Below, piece after piece: positions 52,953 to 63,467 of a DNA stretch of 64,000 nt. The translations under genes were made by a program, and so were the position numbers. The stretch lies in NCBI GenBank assembly GCA_032128375.1, contig JAQBGU010000188.1, positions 64,001-128,000 on the forward strand, written 5' to 3'. This DNA comes from Deltaproteobacteria bacterium. Its GTDB lineage: Bacteria; Myxococcota_A; UBA9160; SMWR01. The notes under the pieces are model-generated. The model did no database searches. It saw only the letters and a program-made list of their open reading frames with translations, and was not told the DNA's origin. Position 1 is the stretch's first letter; the number at the start of each line of letters is the position of its first letter.

Positions 52953-55774
52953 CTTTCGGTAAGCCTTGCGAACGCGCTGTCGAGGAGTTCCGCGAGTTCG
53001 AGGCGATGAATCCGCATGGATCCGGTGGCTGGGCTCGCGCTCTCACGCCGCCCCGCATAAGCGAGCTTCTGGGTCGATCGCAGTTTCCCCTGGATCCGCT
53101 CGCGCACGAAAGTCCACGCGCCCATGTTCGCGGGCTCTTCTTGCGCCCAGGCCACCTGCGTCGCACGCGAATAGCGCCCGAACAAGGCCGTGATAGCGTC
53201 CGCCGGCCACGGATACAGCTGCTCGATTCGAATCAGCGCGACCGTCGCAGGGTCACGAAAACGCTTGGCGCGCTCCCCGAGCAGGTCGTAGTAGACCTTG
53301 CCACTGCACAGGATCACCCGCTGCACGCGATCGGAATTTTCGAGCGCGTGCGGGTCCTCGATCAGCGGCTCGAATCGTCCCCGGGCGAGCTCTTCGGCCG
53401 TTGAAACGGCCAGTGGGCTCCGCAGCAGGCTCTTGGGTGTAAAAATGACCAGTGGCGCGCGGTACGGGCGTCGCATCTGCCGGCGCAACACATGGAAGTA
53501 TTGAGCGGGCGTCGTGCAGTTGACGACCTGCAGCGCGTCGTCCGCACAGGACTGCAGAAATCGCTCGATGCGAGCACTCGAGTGTTCCGGGCCCTGCCCT
53601 TCGAACCCGTGCGGAAGCAGCACGACCAGGCCGCTCATTCGCTGCCACTTCACATGCGCCGTAAACAGGAATTGATCGAAGATCACCTGGGCGCCGTTCG
53701 CGAAATCGCCGAACTGCGCCTCCCAGATCGTCAGCGTGGTCGGGTCGGCGAGGCTGTAGCCATACTCGAAGCCGAGCACGGCGGCCTCGGACAACAGGCT
53801 GTCATACGCTTCGAAGCGCGCCTGTGTCTCCGATAGGTGATCGAGCGGGAGGTAATCCTGCTCGGTCTTCTGGTCGACGATCACGGCGTGTCGGTGGCTG
53901 AATGTTCCCCGTCGGCTGTCCTGGCCGGACAAGCGCACCGGAGTGCCCTCGACCAACAGGGACCCGAACGCAAGCGCCTCGCCCATCGCCCAGTCGATGG
54001 GTCCGCCATCGGCGACCGACTTCTGCCGGCGCTCCATCAGCTTGACGAGCTTGGGGTGCGCGTTGAAACTGCTGGGAATCGCTCCGATGCCTTCGGCGAG
54101 TCGGGACAGTTGTTCGATCGGAACGCAGGTTTCACGTTCTTCCGCATCGCAGGTCCGCTCGAAACCCGTCCAGGGACCATTGGGCTCATAGGGCTCGTCT
54201 GGGCCGGGAGGACGCGTCTCGATGACCTCCAGTGCGTGACTGAGCTGGTCGTTCAGATCGTTTTCGATGCAATCCGCATCCTCGCGCCCGATCACTCCGA
54301 GCTGGATCAACTTGTCGGTGTAGATCTGCCGGACAGAGCTCTTCTGGCGAATCTTCTCGTACAGCAACGGTTGAGTGAAGCTGGGCTCATCGCCCTCGTT
54401 GTGACCGTGGCGGCGGTAGCAGACGAGATCGATCACGACGTCCTCGCTGAATCGGCTGCGATAAAGCATTGCGAGTTTCACCACGTGTACGACCGCCTCG
54501 GGATCGTCGCCGTTCACGTGAAAGATGGGTACCTGGATCATCTTCGCGACGTCGGTGCAGTACAACGTGGAACGCGCGGCTGCCGGCGTCGTGGTGAAGC
54601 CGATCTGGTTGTCGACGACGATATGGATCGTTCCACCGTTCGAATATCCGACCAGATTCGACAAGTTCAGCGTCTCGGCGACGATTCCCTGGCCGGCGAA
54701 TGCGGCATCGCCGTGAATCAGCACAGGGATGACCTTCTCGCCACGGTTGTCGCCCGCGCGGACTTGCTTGGCCCGAGTGCGCCCTTCGACGACCGGATCG
54801 ACCGCCTCGAGGTGCGACGGATTCGCTGTCAATGACAGGTGGATCGGCTTGCCGCTGCTTGTGCGTCGATCGTTTGAATAACCCTTGTGATACTTCACAT
54901 CACCAGATCCGAAGGGGCTGTCGATCATCGGACTGTCTTCGAATTCGGAGAAGATCGATTCCAGCGACTTGCAAAGGATGTTCGACAACACGTTCAGCCG
55001 GCCACGGTGCGCCATCCCGATCACCAACTCCTGGCCACCGAATTCGGGTGCCTGCTCGACGATGGTGTCAAGTAGTGGGATCAGCGCCTCGGAACCCTCC
55101 AGCGAGAAGCGCTTCTGCCCAACGAAGCGTGCGGCGAGGAAGCGCTCGAATAGCTCCGAAGCCGCCAGCTTTCGGAGAATTCGCAGGCGCTCCGACGTAT
55201 CGAGCGTACTCGTATTCTGCGATTCCTCGATACGACTCTGAATCCACGCCTTGCGCCCCGGGTCCTGGACATGGCTGAACTCGACACCCACTTTGCGACA
55301 ATAGGTAGCCCGCAGGCGCTGTAAAATCTCGCGCAGCGTCTGGACCGCCCCGCCGGGCAAGTTGCCAGCGATGAACGATTGCTCGAGCTCTTCGGTCCCA
55401 AAACCGTAGTGGGCCGGGTCCAGCTCAGGGAAGTAGGCGTTGCTTCCGCCGAGCGGGTCGGTGTCGGCGATCCGATGCCCGCGCGAGCGGTAGGCGTGGA
55501 TCATTCGCAGCACGCGCGCGTGGCGATCGGCCAATTGGTTCGCGAGCGGGGAACGCATCGTCGCGGCTGCTTGGCCGTCGGCTACCGGCGCATCCGCTAC
55601 ACGCTCCCCGATCGGTTCGTGCGATGCGTCAAACTGCTTCGCCCAGCTCGAATCGACTGAATCTGGGTCGACCTCGTAGCGCTCGTAAATGTCCCCGACG
55701 GCCCCAGCATTGACCCCGAAGGCGCTCAGTGAATCGAAGACGGGTGATCGCTTGCGCTGAGCATTGCGTTCCAT
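52949..55774 (-). CDS. sucA: 2-oxoglutarate dehydrogenase E1
   Basis: KRFSLEG, GMAHRGRLN, GDVKYH, HGDAAFAGQG, RRHGHNE, WEAQFGDFANGAQ and GPEHSSAR. Start approximate. Confidence 0.95.
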   Translation of the reverse strand: MERNAQRKRSPVFDSLSAFGVNAGAVGDIYERYEVDPDSVDSSWAKQFDASHEPIGERVADAPVADGQAAATMRSPLANQLADRHARVLRMIHAYRSRGHRIADTDPLGGSNAYFPELDPAHYGFGTEELEQSFIAGNLPGGAVQTLREILQRLRATYCRKVGVEFSHVQDPGRKAWIQSRIEESQNTSTLDTSERLRILRKLAASELFERFLAARFVGQKRFSLEGSEALIPLLDTIVEQAPEFGGQELVIGMAHRGRLNVLSNILCKSLESIFSEFEDSPMIDSPFGSGDVKYHKGYSNDRRTSSGKPIHLSLTANPSHLEAVDPVVEGRTRAKQVRAGDNRGEKVIPVLIHGDAAFAGQGIVAETLNLSNLVGYSNGGTIHIVVDNQIGFTTTPAAARSTLYCTDVAKMIQVPIFHVNGDDPEAVVHVVKLAMLYRSRFSEDVVIDLVCYRRHGHNEGDEPSFTQPLLYEKIRQKSSVRQIYTDKLIQLGVIGREDADCIENDLNDQLSHALEVIETRPPGPDEPYEPNGPWTGFERTCDAEERETCVPIEQLSRLAEGIGAIPSSFNAHPKLVKLMERRQKSVADGGPIDWAMGEALAFGSLLVEGTPVRLSGQDSRRGTFSHRHAVIVDQKTEQDYLPLDHLSETQARFEAYDSLLSEAAVLGFEYGYSLADPTTLTIWEAQFGDFANGAQVIFDQFLFTAHVKWQRMSGLVVLLPHGFEGQGPEHSSARIERFLQSCADDALQVVNCTTPAQYFHVLRRQMRRPYRAPLVIFTPKSLLRSPLAVSTAEELARGRFEPLIEDPHALENSDRVQRVILCSGKVYYDLLGERAKRFRDPATVALIRIEQLYPWPADAITALFGRYSRATQVAWAQEEPANMGAWTFVRERIQGKLRSTQKLAYAGRRESASPATGSMRIHRLELAELLDSAFARLTER

Positions 55775-55923
55775 CTTCCGGCCCAGAACTCCTCGACTGC
55801 GCTGCGACACCAACAGGGTGCGCAACGTCTACAGGGAACTCCTGAATCGGCGGAAGCTCGGCGGCGCTCAAGCAAAATGCCGGGATATCGACTCAACCGG
55901 CATTTCTGTGACAACAGCGGAAG

Positions 55924-56535
55924 TCAGGCTTCTGGCACCGCCATTCCGCGCTGGACCGCGGGGCGCTCGGCAATCCGCTCTACCCATGCCACCACCCGCG
56001 TCTGTGACATCAATAGCGGGATCTTCATGTTGAGCATCAAGCCTAGCCAGCCGTGGTGCATGATGTCCGCGATCGAGTACTCGCCAGCCAGAAACGGACG
56101 GCCATCCGACAGAATCCGGTCCAGCACGCCGAGTAGGCGCGTCACTTCATCGGTGAAAATTTGCAACATCTCAGCATTCTGTTCCGCTTCGGGGCGTCTC
56201 ATCTGCGAGGCCAAACGGCCCAGATTCGGCCCGATTCCGCCAGTCTGAAAAAACGCGTACTGAATGGCGTGGATGCGATCCGCCGGATCGGCCGGCAGGA
56301 GCTTTCCGTATTTCTCGGCCAGGTAGAGCAGGATTGCGCCGGATTCCCAGATCACCAGACCGTCGTCGTCGATTACCGGCACTTTGTGGTTCGGGCACAC
56401 CGCAAGGAACTCGTCGGTCGGGTGGTCCGATGCTTGAAGGTCGACCTTGATGACCTCGTACGGTACGCCGATCTCCTCGAGTGCGATCGAGGCTTTTCGT
56501 CCGTTGGGGGTAGCGGCGGTGTATAGCTTGATCAG
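55924..56535 (-). CDS. Glutathione S-transferase family protein (apparent CTG start)
   Basis: In-frame extension gives (L/M)IKLYTAATPNGRKASIALEE...PN.KVP...IWESGAILLYLAEK...YSIADI. Confidence 0.88.
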   Translation of the reverse strand: MIKLYTAATPNGRKASIALEEIGVPYEVIKVDLQASDHPTDEFLAVCPNHKVPVIDDDGLVIWESGAILLYLAEKYGKLLPADPADRIHAIQYAFFQTGGIGPNLGRLASQMRRPEAEQNAEMLQIFTDEVTRLLGVLDRILSDGRPFLAGEYSIADIMHHGWLGLMLNMKIPLLMSQTRVVAWVERIAERPAVQRGMAVPEA

Positions 56536-56584
56536 ACTGACTCTCCTCGCGGTCGCGGGGCGGATGTGCGTCTTGCGGGTGGCT

Positions 56585-56911
56585 TCACGGCGCCGGCGCG
56601 AGAATCGCCAACACGACCAGACGTCCGGAGCCGCTGTTTCGAATCCCGTGCGCGACGCCTTCAGGTGCGACCAACATCACCCCGGGCTCCATCGCGACCT
56701 CACGGTCTTCGAGTAGGAACGCGCCAGTCCCTTCCAGCACGTGATAAACCTTGTCCATTTCGGGGTGGGCGTGGAGTTTGTGTTCCTGCCCGGGTTCGAA
56801 GCAATTGAGCCCGACCATGATCCGCTGAGAGCGGAAAATGGTCGCCTTTCCCATTTTCTCCGCAGAGAAGACCGCGTGTTGCTCTGGGCGAATCGCGCTG
56901 GGGTGCTCCAT
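56585..56911 (-). CDS. Cupin domain protein
   Basis: EPGQEHKLHAH...YHVLEG...GVAHGIRN. Confidence 0.85.
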   Translation of the reverse strand: MEHPSAIRPEQHAVFSAEKMGKATIFRSQRIMVGLNCFEPGQEHKLHAHPEMDKVYHVLEGTGAFLLEDREVAMEPGVMLVAPEGVAHGIRNSGSGRLVVLAILAPAP

Positions 56912-57090
56912 GATCCTCTCTGGGCCTGGGCAGATTGAGCCAGGCAGACTGAGAACTCGCCGAACTATACCTCGCTATCCGGCGCCTCACCTCGGGCCCG
57001 ACCCGACGCCCCTGTGCGCGGTAGACTAATCTCAACAGCGCCAACACGCTGTGGAAAGGTATTTTGGTCGAACTTCCCTCACAAAGCGAC

Positions 57091-57984
57091 ATGAAAGCCG
57101 ATGCCGCTGCGCAGCGATCGGCCGCACCGGCCTGGTTGCGGCTGATGCGGCCTCGGCAGTGGTCGAAAAATCTGTTGGTGTTCGCGGCGTTGGTCTTTGC
57201 GGATCGGTTGCTATCGATGGATTCGGTACAGCTGGCGCTGATGGGATTCGCCTCATTTTGCCTGGCGAGTTCTTCGACGTACATCGTGAACGACCTTTTG
57301 GATGTGGAGCGGGATCGTCTCCACCCGACCAAACGCCTGCGGCCGATCGCATCCGGCGAGGTCACGACAAGCACCGCCATCGCGATGACGGTGGTCCTGA
57401 CTGCGAGCTCGTTTGCGGTCGCTGCGTGGATCGGCTGGATGTTCAGCGCAGCGATTGTCACCTACGTCGTCCAGGTGCACTTCTACTCGATGATCGGCAA
57501 GCACATCGTGATCTTGGACACGATGCTTGTCGCAGCCGGTTTCGTGCTCCGAGCGGTAGGCGGTGCAATCGCAATCAACGTCGCCTCGTCGAATTGGTTC
57601 GTGCTGTGCACGTTTTTCGCCGCGCTGTTTCTGGCGCTGACCAAGCGCCGAGCCGAAAAACTCGCTCTGCGTGGCGATGCGGTCAACACGCGATCGGTAC
57701 TCGAGCAGTACACCGATTCGACGCTTGCCGCCTATATCGCGGCGGCCGTCGCTGTCACCACGATCAGTTATGCGCTCTACGTGATCGACGCCTCCACCCA
57801 CTACCCCCGGCTACCGCTGACGGTTCCATTCGTGGTATTTGCAGTGTTTCGCTACCTCCACCTGGTCGAGACCGCCGGCCTGGGAGAGAAGCCCGAAGAC
57901 GTGTTTTTCGAGGATCGCCCGTTTCAGATCGGCGTGATCGCATTTGTCGTGGCGGCGCTGGCCGCATTGTATTGGGGAGTCTGA
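57091..57984 (+). CDS. UbiA-family polyprenyl-phosphate phosphoribosyltransferase-like protein
   Basis: RPRQWSKNLLVF, YIVNDLLD.E.DR.HPTK..RPIASG, FVLRA..G and KRRAE. Confidence 0.88.
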   Translation: MKADAAAQRSAAPAWLRLMRPRQWSKNLLVFAALVFADRLLSMDSVQLALMGFASFCLASSSTYIVNDLLDVERDRLHPTKRLRPIASGEVTTSTAIAMTVVLTASSFAVAAWIGWMFSAAIVTYVVQVHFYSMIGKHIVILDTMLVAAGFVLRAVGGAIAINVASSNWFVLCTFFAALFLALTKRRAEKLALRGDAVNTRSVLEQYTDSTLAAYIAAAVAVTTISYALYVIDASTHYPRLPLTVPFVVFAVFRYLHLVETAGLGEKPEDVFFEDRPFQIGVIAFVVAALAALYWGV

Positions 57985-58008
57985 GTCCATTTTCGGGTCG
58001 GTGACGCC

Positions 58009-59121
58009 GTGAAGAGAATCCTGTGCCTGTTCGGAACCCGGCCCGAGATCATCAAGCTCGCCCCGGTTTTGCGGGCGCTCGAAAACCGACCCGAACGCTT
58101 CGAGGTACTTCGGGTGGCATCATCGCAACACATCAGCCTGTTGCATCCGTTTGCTCAGCACTTTGGAGTACCGATCGATCGCGACCTCGAAGTCATGAAG
58201 GACGCCCAGACGCCCGCCCAGGTCGCCGCGAGGGTACTCGAAGGACTCGGCCCCATCCTCGACGAATGCCAGCCCGACCTCGTGCTGGTGCAGGGCGACA
58301 CCACGACCGCGATGGCGGGCGCGCTCGCGAGCTTCTTTCACCGTGCCGCTGTCGGTCACGTCGAAGCGGGCCTGCGCTCCGGCGATCCGAGTAGCCCATT
58401 TCCCGAAGAAACCAACCGCACGCTGATCAGCCGCATTGCGAACTATCATTTCGCTGCGACTCCACATAATGTAGAGACACTCGTCAGCGAAGGCGTCGAT
58501 GCTTCTCGGATCGCGCTGACTGGGAATCCCATTGTCGACGCGCTGCACTTCAGCCTGGCTCACGACAAACCCAGCAAGCGGCTTCAGAGCCGGCTCGATT
58601 CCATCGAACAGAAACTGTTGGTGCTCACCACGCACCGGCGGGAGAGTTTCGGCGAGACGATGCGGGGAAACCTCGAAGTGATTCGCCGTTTCGTCGAGGC
58701 GCACGCTGATGTGGCATTGGCGTTCCCGGTCCACCCGAACCCCGAGGTCCTCGGGCCGACACGAAAAATCCTCGGCGGTGTCGATCGTGTGCATCTGCTC
58801 GACCCACTCGGCTACCCCGATTTCATTGCGCTGCTAAAGCGCGCATGGCTGGTAGTATCGGACTCGGGGGGCGTGCAAGAAGAGGCTCCGACGCTCGGAA
58901 AGGCACTGTTGGTACTGCGCGAAAACACCGAGCGTCCCGAAGCGATCGAATCAGGTGTCGCGCGATTGGTCGGCGGTTCGCCCCAGGCCCTCGAAGAGAT
59001 TCTTTCGGAGTTGTACACCGACGACAGTTGGATGCGTCATGTGAGTCAGATCCCCAATCCGTTCGGGCAAGGGAACGCCGGAGAGCGCATCGCAGACGCG
59101 ATCGAAATCTTCTTGAACTGA
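58009..59121 (+). CDS. wecB: UDP-N-acetylglucosamine 2-epimerase (non-hydrolysing)
   Basis: FGTRPE.IK, QGDTTT, HVEAGLRS, PFPEE.NR, HRRES, SDSGGVQEE and TERPE. Confidence 0.95.
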   Translation: MKRILCLFGTRPEIIKLAPVLRALENRPERFEVLRVASSQHISLLHPFAQHFGVPIDRDLEVMKDAQTPAQVAARVLEGLGPILDECQPDLVLVQGDTTTAMAGALASFFHRAAVGHVEAGLRSGDPSSPFPEETNRTLISRIANYHFAATPHNVETLVSEGVDASRIALTGNPIVDALHFSLAHDKPSKRLQSRLDSIEQKLLVLTTHRRESFGETMRGNLEVIRRFVEAHADVALAFPVHPNPEVLGPTRKILGGVDRVHLLDPLGYPDFIALLKRAWLVVSDSGGVQEEAPTLGKALLVLRENTERPEAIESGVARLVGGSPQALEEILSELYTDDSWMRHVSQIPNPFGQGNAGERIADAIEIFLN

Positions 59122-59169
59122 CACATCTCGAACGGACACTCCTGGAACTGGACTCGAAGGACACACCAG

Positions 59170-59565
59170 ATGGCCAAATCGCTCGCCGACTTCGTGAATG
59201 AAGCATTGAAGAGCATCGAAGAAGTGACACCCGAACGCGCACTCGAAATCCTCGAGGCACCCGACTGCGACGGCTGGCACTTCATCGACGTGCGAGAACC
59301 CGATGAGTTCGTTCCGGCGCACATCCGCACCGCGCGCAACTTTCCGCGCGGCTTCCTGGAAGTCCGTGCGGATCTCGAGCACTACAAGCGCGATCCGTGG
59401 CTCGAAGACCGCAACCGAAAACTGATCTTGTATTGCGGCGGCGGACACAGAAGCGCGTTGGCGACCCGGACGCTCGCGCAAATGGGTTTTGTAAACCTGC
59501 TGTCACTTCGCGAAGGCTGGACGGGCTGGATCGAGCGTGGCTTTCCGATCGAGACCGCGGTCTAG
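59170..59565 (+). CDS. Rhodanese-like sulfurtransferase
   Basis: IDVREPDE, HI..A, YCGGGHRS and GWTGW. Confidence 0.88.
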   Translation: MAKSLADFVNEALKSIEEVTPERALEILEAPDCDGWHFIDVREPDEFVPAHIRTARNFPRGFLEVRADLEHYKRDPWLEDRNRKLILYCGGGHRSALATRTLAQMGFVNLLSLREGWTGWIERGFPIETAV

Positions 59566-59624
59566 CGAATTGGTCCGGTGAGTCGCGCTCGTGGTGCGAG
59601 AGCGTGGAGCCGAAGCTGCGCGAG

Positions 59625-61034
59625 CTATTCTTCGGCACCAACGGGCGGGAGTTCTTCGCGGCCGGGTAGCCTGTCGTCCAGGCTGTGGATCCAACCGGCG
59701 GTTCTCTCACTCATGTCATTCAGCATCTCGCGTGTTTCATTTGTCGAATCGTCGTCGGGAAGCTTCGCGCGGTCGGGAACCAGCACCGAAACAACGTCCA
59801 GCACTTCAGTACGTTCTGCGAACACACGCTCGTGCAGTGCGATGCCGCGGTCGAGGAGAACCTGGCGTGTGGAGGGGGACGCGACACCGCTCAACCACAC
59901 CAATCGGTCACCAGTCGGCGGCAAGGCTGCGAACAATAAGTCGGTCTCGGCCGTCCAGGCGAGGTAGTCGGCCCGAACAGGCAGCACGCTGCGGCCGTCC
60001 GCAGCGTCGAAGGTCAGCGTGTCTCCGGTCGCACTCACAGCGACGACTGGCTGTGTGCTGCGATGATACAACCAGACGAGTTCGGCAAGCTCCACGTAAA
60101 AGCGACAGCGCGTCTCGTCGTCCGCGCGTGCGGCCTGTTTCGCCAACCCGCCGCGCCCCGGAACGCTCTCGATCGACGCAAGCGCGCTCACCAGCAACGT
60201 CGTATGCGTCAGCGTGCAGACGGGATGGTCGTTGATCGCGCTGATCTCGTCGGACCACAGGCCCATTTTTTTGAGCGCCGCAGCGCTCCCTGCCTCCAAC
60301 GTCTCCGGTGGGATGTTCCATCCCAACGCTCGCACCCCGTGAATCTGCCGGGAAGTCGCGACCGCGAGCTTCGCGGCCATTGGCGCTTGTGACATCGCCA
60401 AATCGACCGCGAGGCCACCCACGAAAGACGACCAGGCCACCTCGTCGAGTTCGTTTTGAAGAATCTCGTTGGACGAGAACGGATCCACACCCATCTCGGC
60501 AGCCAGCCGGCGCTTGACCCGGCCGTAGCCCAGAGCTGTCTTCACCCGTTCGGTTTTTGATTTCTCGGGCTCGTTTTCGTCACTAGTGCTCAGCGAGGCA
60601 ATCGAAAGGTCATTCCACCAGTTTTTGACGCTCTGCGGAACGTCTTTCGCGACCCTGACCGGGTCTACGAGTGCATCTTTCGCAAAGCCCAGCGGGCCGG
60701 CAGCCGCCGCCTTCACTGCGTCCAGGTAACCCTTCGTCAGCTTCAGCTCGCGCAGAACCGCGATGGCTTCCTGCTCACGCGCGCGCTCGAGCACCATCGA
60801 ATTCCCGTACGCCTCGATGCGCTGGTAGTTGGAAATCAACACGTACCGGTTCATCTGGCCGTCGTTTTTGACTTGCCGTTCGATGGCGAATTGATCGCCG
60901 ACGGCGGCGGCTTCGCCCAGCTGGTCGTAGACGTCGAGCAGCGGAGGTGTTTCGTAGGCCGCGAAATCATCGCCGAGCGCCGCAAACGGCGCGAGAAGCA
61001 ACATTGGGACCAGAAAGAAACGCCTCAGCCGCAT
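59625..61034 (-). CDS. Exported hypothetical protein
   Basis: 469-aa ORF with signal peptide MRLRRFFLVPMLLLAPFAALG. No family recognised. Confidence 0.75.
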   Translation of the reverse strand: MRLRRFFLVPMLLLAPFAALGDDFAAYETPPLLDVYDQLGEAAAVGDQFAIERQVKNDGQMNRYVLISNYQRIEAYGNSMVLERAREQEAIAVLRELKLTKGYLDAVKAAAAGPLGFAKDALVDPVRVAKDVPQSVKNWWNDLSIASLSTSDENEPEKSKTERVKTALGYGRVKRRLAAEMGVDPFSSNEILQNELDEVAWSSFVGGLAVDLAMSQAPMAAKLAVATSRQIHGVRALGWNIPPETLEAGSAAALKKMGLWSDEISAINDHPVCTLTHTTLLVSALASIESVPGRGGLAKQAARADDETRCRFYVELAELVWLYHRSTQPVVAVSATGDTLTFDAADGRSVLPVRADYLAWTAETDLLFAALPPTGDRLVWLSGVASPSTRQVLLDRGIALHERVFAERTEVLDVVSVLVPDRAKLPDDDSTNETREMLNDMSERTAGWIHSLDDRLPGREELPPVGAEE

Positions 61035-61110
61035 ACTGGAACAGTCTGGCCGGAAAGTGGTGATAGATCAACTGGCCCCAGCGCCAGTCGGTTTGGGTAA
61101 TCTACCCAGC

Positions 61111-61953
61111 ATGTCGAATCCCAAGCGCGTTTGCGTTGGCTCCATCGAGATGGGCTACGAAGAGCAGGGTGTCGGAGACCGCCCCTTCGTCCTCGTTCAC
61201 GGCTTCACGGGCTCACGCGACGACTTCGCGGACGTCCTCGGCGGACTCGCCGAAAAGGGCCGCACGATCACAATCGACCAGCGCGGACACGGCGAGAGCA
61301 CCAACACCGGCCGCCCCAAAGACTACAACTTCGACATCGCCGTGACCGACCTGCTCGGCTTCCTCGATGCCTTGGCGATCGACCGATGCGACCTGCTCGG
61401 CCACTCGATGGGTGGCATGGTCGCGATTCGCTTCGTGCTCGCCCATCCGGGCCGCGTCGCCTCGTTGATTCTGATGGATACCTCCCCCTCGCCCATCAAG
61501 CTCATGCCGGTCGCGATGATGCAAGCCGGCGCCAAGGTCGGTCGCGAACAGGGCATGGGTGCGCTGTTCGAAATCATGCGTGCCGGCGCTGCAAACGACC
61601 CCAACCGCGCGCCCGCAATGCGCCGATCAGAACAGGAGATGGGCGCCGAGCGCTACTGGAAACGCATCAGCACCAAGATCGAAGCCATGGATCCCGAAGC
61701 GATGCACGCCTGGGCGGCGATCCTGGCCGACCATCACCCCGCCATCGACCGCCTCGCTGAAATCCGTTGCCCGACTCTCGTCATTGTCGGCGAGCAGGAC
61801 GCTCCTTTCCTCGCACCCTCACGCTCTATGGCCGACGAGATCGGCGACGCCACCCTCTCCATCGTCCCCGGTGCAGCCCACAGCCCGCAGCTCGAAAACC
61901 CGAAGGCCTGGCTCGAAGCGATCCGCGCGCATCTCGACCGTGCGCGCCACTGA
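61111..61953 (+). CDS. Alpha/beta hydrolase
   Basis: LVHGFTG, DQRGHG, GHSMGG, GEQD and AAHSP. Confidence 0.9.
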   Translation: MSNPKRVCVGSIEMGYEEQGVGDRPFVLVHGFTGSRDDFADVLGGLAEKGRTITIDQRGHGESTNTGRPKDYNFDIAVTDLLGFLDALAIDRCDLLGHSMGGMVAIRFVLAHPGRVASLILMDTSPSPIKLMPVAMMQAGAKVGREQGMGALFEIMRAGAANDPNRAPAMRRSEQEMGAERYWKRISTKIEAMDPEAMHAWAAILADHHPAIDRLAEIRCPTLVIVGEQDAPFLAPSRSMADEIGDATLSIVPGAAHSPQLENPKAWLEAIRAHLDRARH

Positions 61954-61971
61954 CTCGGGAGCAATGACTCA

Positions 61972-63345
61972 TTGGACTCCGCTACCCCGCGTCTCGCGTC
62001 TTCGACGATCTTCGCATACTGCCTGCCGAACGTCGGAACCGGCTTCATGTTCTTGCTCATCGGCTTGTACCTGATGAAGTTTTCCACCGACGTGTTGCTG
62101 ATCGCTCCAGCCACGATGGGGACCATTTTCGGACTTTCACGGATCTGGGATGCGGTTTCGGACCCGATCGCAGGCTACTTGTCGGATCGGAGCAGCAACC
62201 CAATGGGCCGGCGCCGCCCCTGGATCGCGGCGTCGATGTTGCCTATCGCTGTCTTCTACGTGATGGCCTGGAGTCCTCTCGAATCACTGTCGGGCCAGGC
62301 ACTCGTGGCTTGGATGGCAGTCAGCATATTCGGCTTCTATTCCGCGATGACGATATTCATCGTGCCCCACATGTCGCTGGGCGCCGAACTGACGACCGAC
62401 TACCACGACCGCAACCGGTTGTTCGGCATCCGACACATCAGCTGGACACTGGGTTCGACGCTGTCGTTGGCCGCGATGGCGCTACTGATCTCTGTCGAAG
62501 CCGAATCGGGCGCCGCGGTGCGTCAATCGGCCTTCCAATTGGGTGTGGGGGCGGCACTCGCAACGGCGAGCATGCTGGGCTTTGCTGCATGGTTCCTGCG
62601 AGAGCGTCCCGAATTCCAGGGCCGTGGCGCACAGCGCCCCTTCGCGGCATTCGCAGACGTCTGGAAAAACCAGCACGCGCGGTTGCTTCTGATCGTGACA
62701 CTGGTCGAAAACCTCGGTGGCGCGACAATCGGAATCCTGACGCTGTACATCGCACAGTACATTGTCGGCAGACCGCAACTCGCTCCGGTATTCATCCTTT
62801 GTTACATGGTGCCGTCGATCGCTTCGGTGCCGTTGTGGATCCCGATCTCCCGGCGGATCGGCAAGAAGCGACTGTGGGTACTCGCGCAGACCCTGACGGC
62901 GCTTTCGTTTGGCGGGATGTTCTTTCTACAGCAGGGGTCGGTCTGGCTGATTTCGATGCTGGCGGCCTCTGCTGGCGTCGCCGCGGGCGCGGGGGGCACG
63001 GTCAGTCCGTCGATCCAGGCCGACGTGATCGATTTCGACGAATACAATACCGGCGAGCGCAAGGAGGGCGCGTACTTCTCGGCGTGGAATTTCGTATTCA
63101 AGTCAGCGTTCGGAATTACGCTGATGTTCACCGGCTATGTACTGCAATTTTCCGGTTTCCAACCCAATGTCGAGCAGACAGATACCGTGAAGCTCGCCCT
63201 AAAGACCCTCTATGCGATCTACCCGTGCGTTTGTTACGGCGTGGGTGCGCTGTTGCTCTCGCGATTCTCGTTGAACGAAGACGAGTACGCGGTCTTGCGA
63301 ACCGAACTCGATCGGCGCAGCGTCGAATTGGCTGCACAGCGGTGA
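61972..63345 (+). CDS. MFS transporter, GPH/MelB family (second paralogue)
   Basis: WDAVSDP.AGYLSDR..GRRRPW, GAELTTDYHDR and ADVIDFDE..TGERKEG. Confidence 0.9.
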   Translation: MDSATPRLASSTIFAYCLPNVGTGFMFLLIGLYLMKFSTDVLLIAPATMGTIFGLSRIWDAVSDPIAGYLSDRSSNPMGRRRPWIAASMLPIAVFYVMAWSPLESLSGQALVAWMAVSIFGFYSAMTIFIVPHMSLGAELTTDYHDRNRLFGIRHISWTLGSTLSLAAMALLISVEAESGAAVRQSAFQLGVGAALATASMLGFAAWFLRERPEFQGRGAQRPFAAFADVWKNQHARLLLIVTLVENLGGATIGILTLYIAQYIVGRPQLAPVFILCYMVPSIASVPLWIPISRRIGKKRLWVLAQTLTALSFGGMFFLQQGSVWLISMLAASAGVAAGAGGTVSPSIQADVIDFDEYNTGERKEGAYFSAWNFVFKSAFGITLMFTGYVLQFSGFQPNVEQTDTVKLALKTLYAIYPCVCYGVGALLLSRFSLNEDEYAVLRTELDRRSVELAAQR

Positions 63346-63467
63346 CGTCAGACTGTTCACCCATGCCGAACGCAAGCACACGCTCGACCCAGTTCTGCGT
63401 GCTACCGGAAGCGCTGGCCTGGTACCCGTAGGGCTTCGCTTTCCGCGGTAGAGGACATCTGTTTCCG

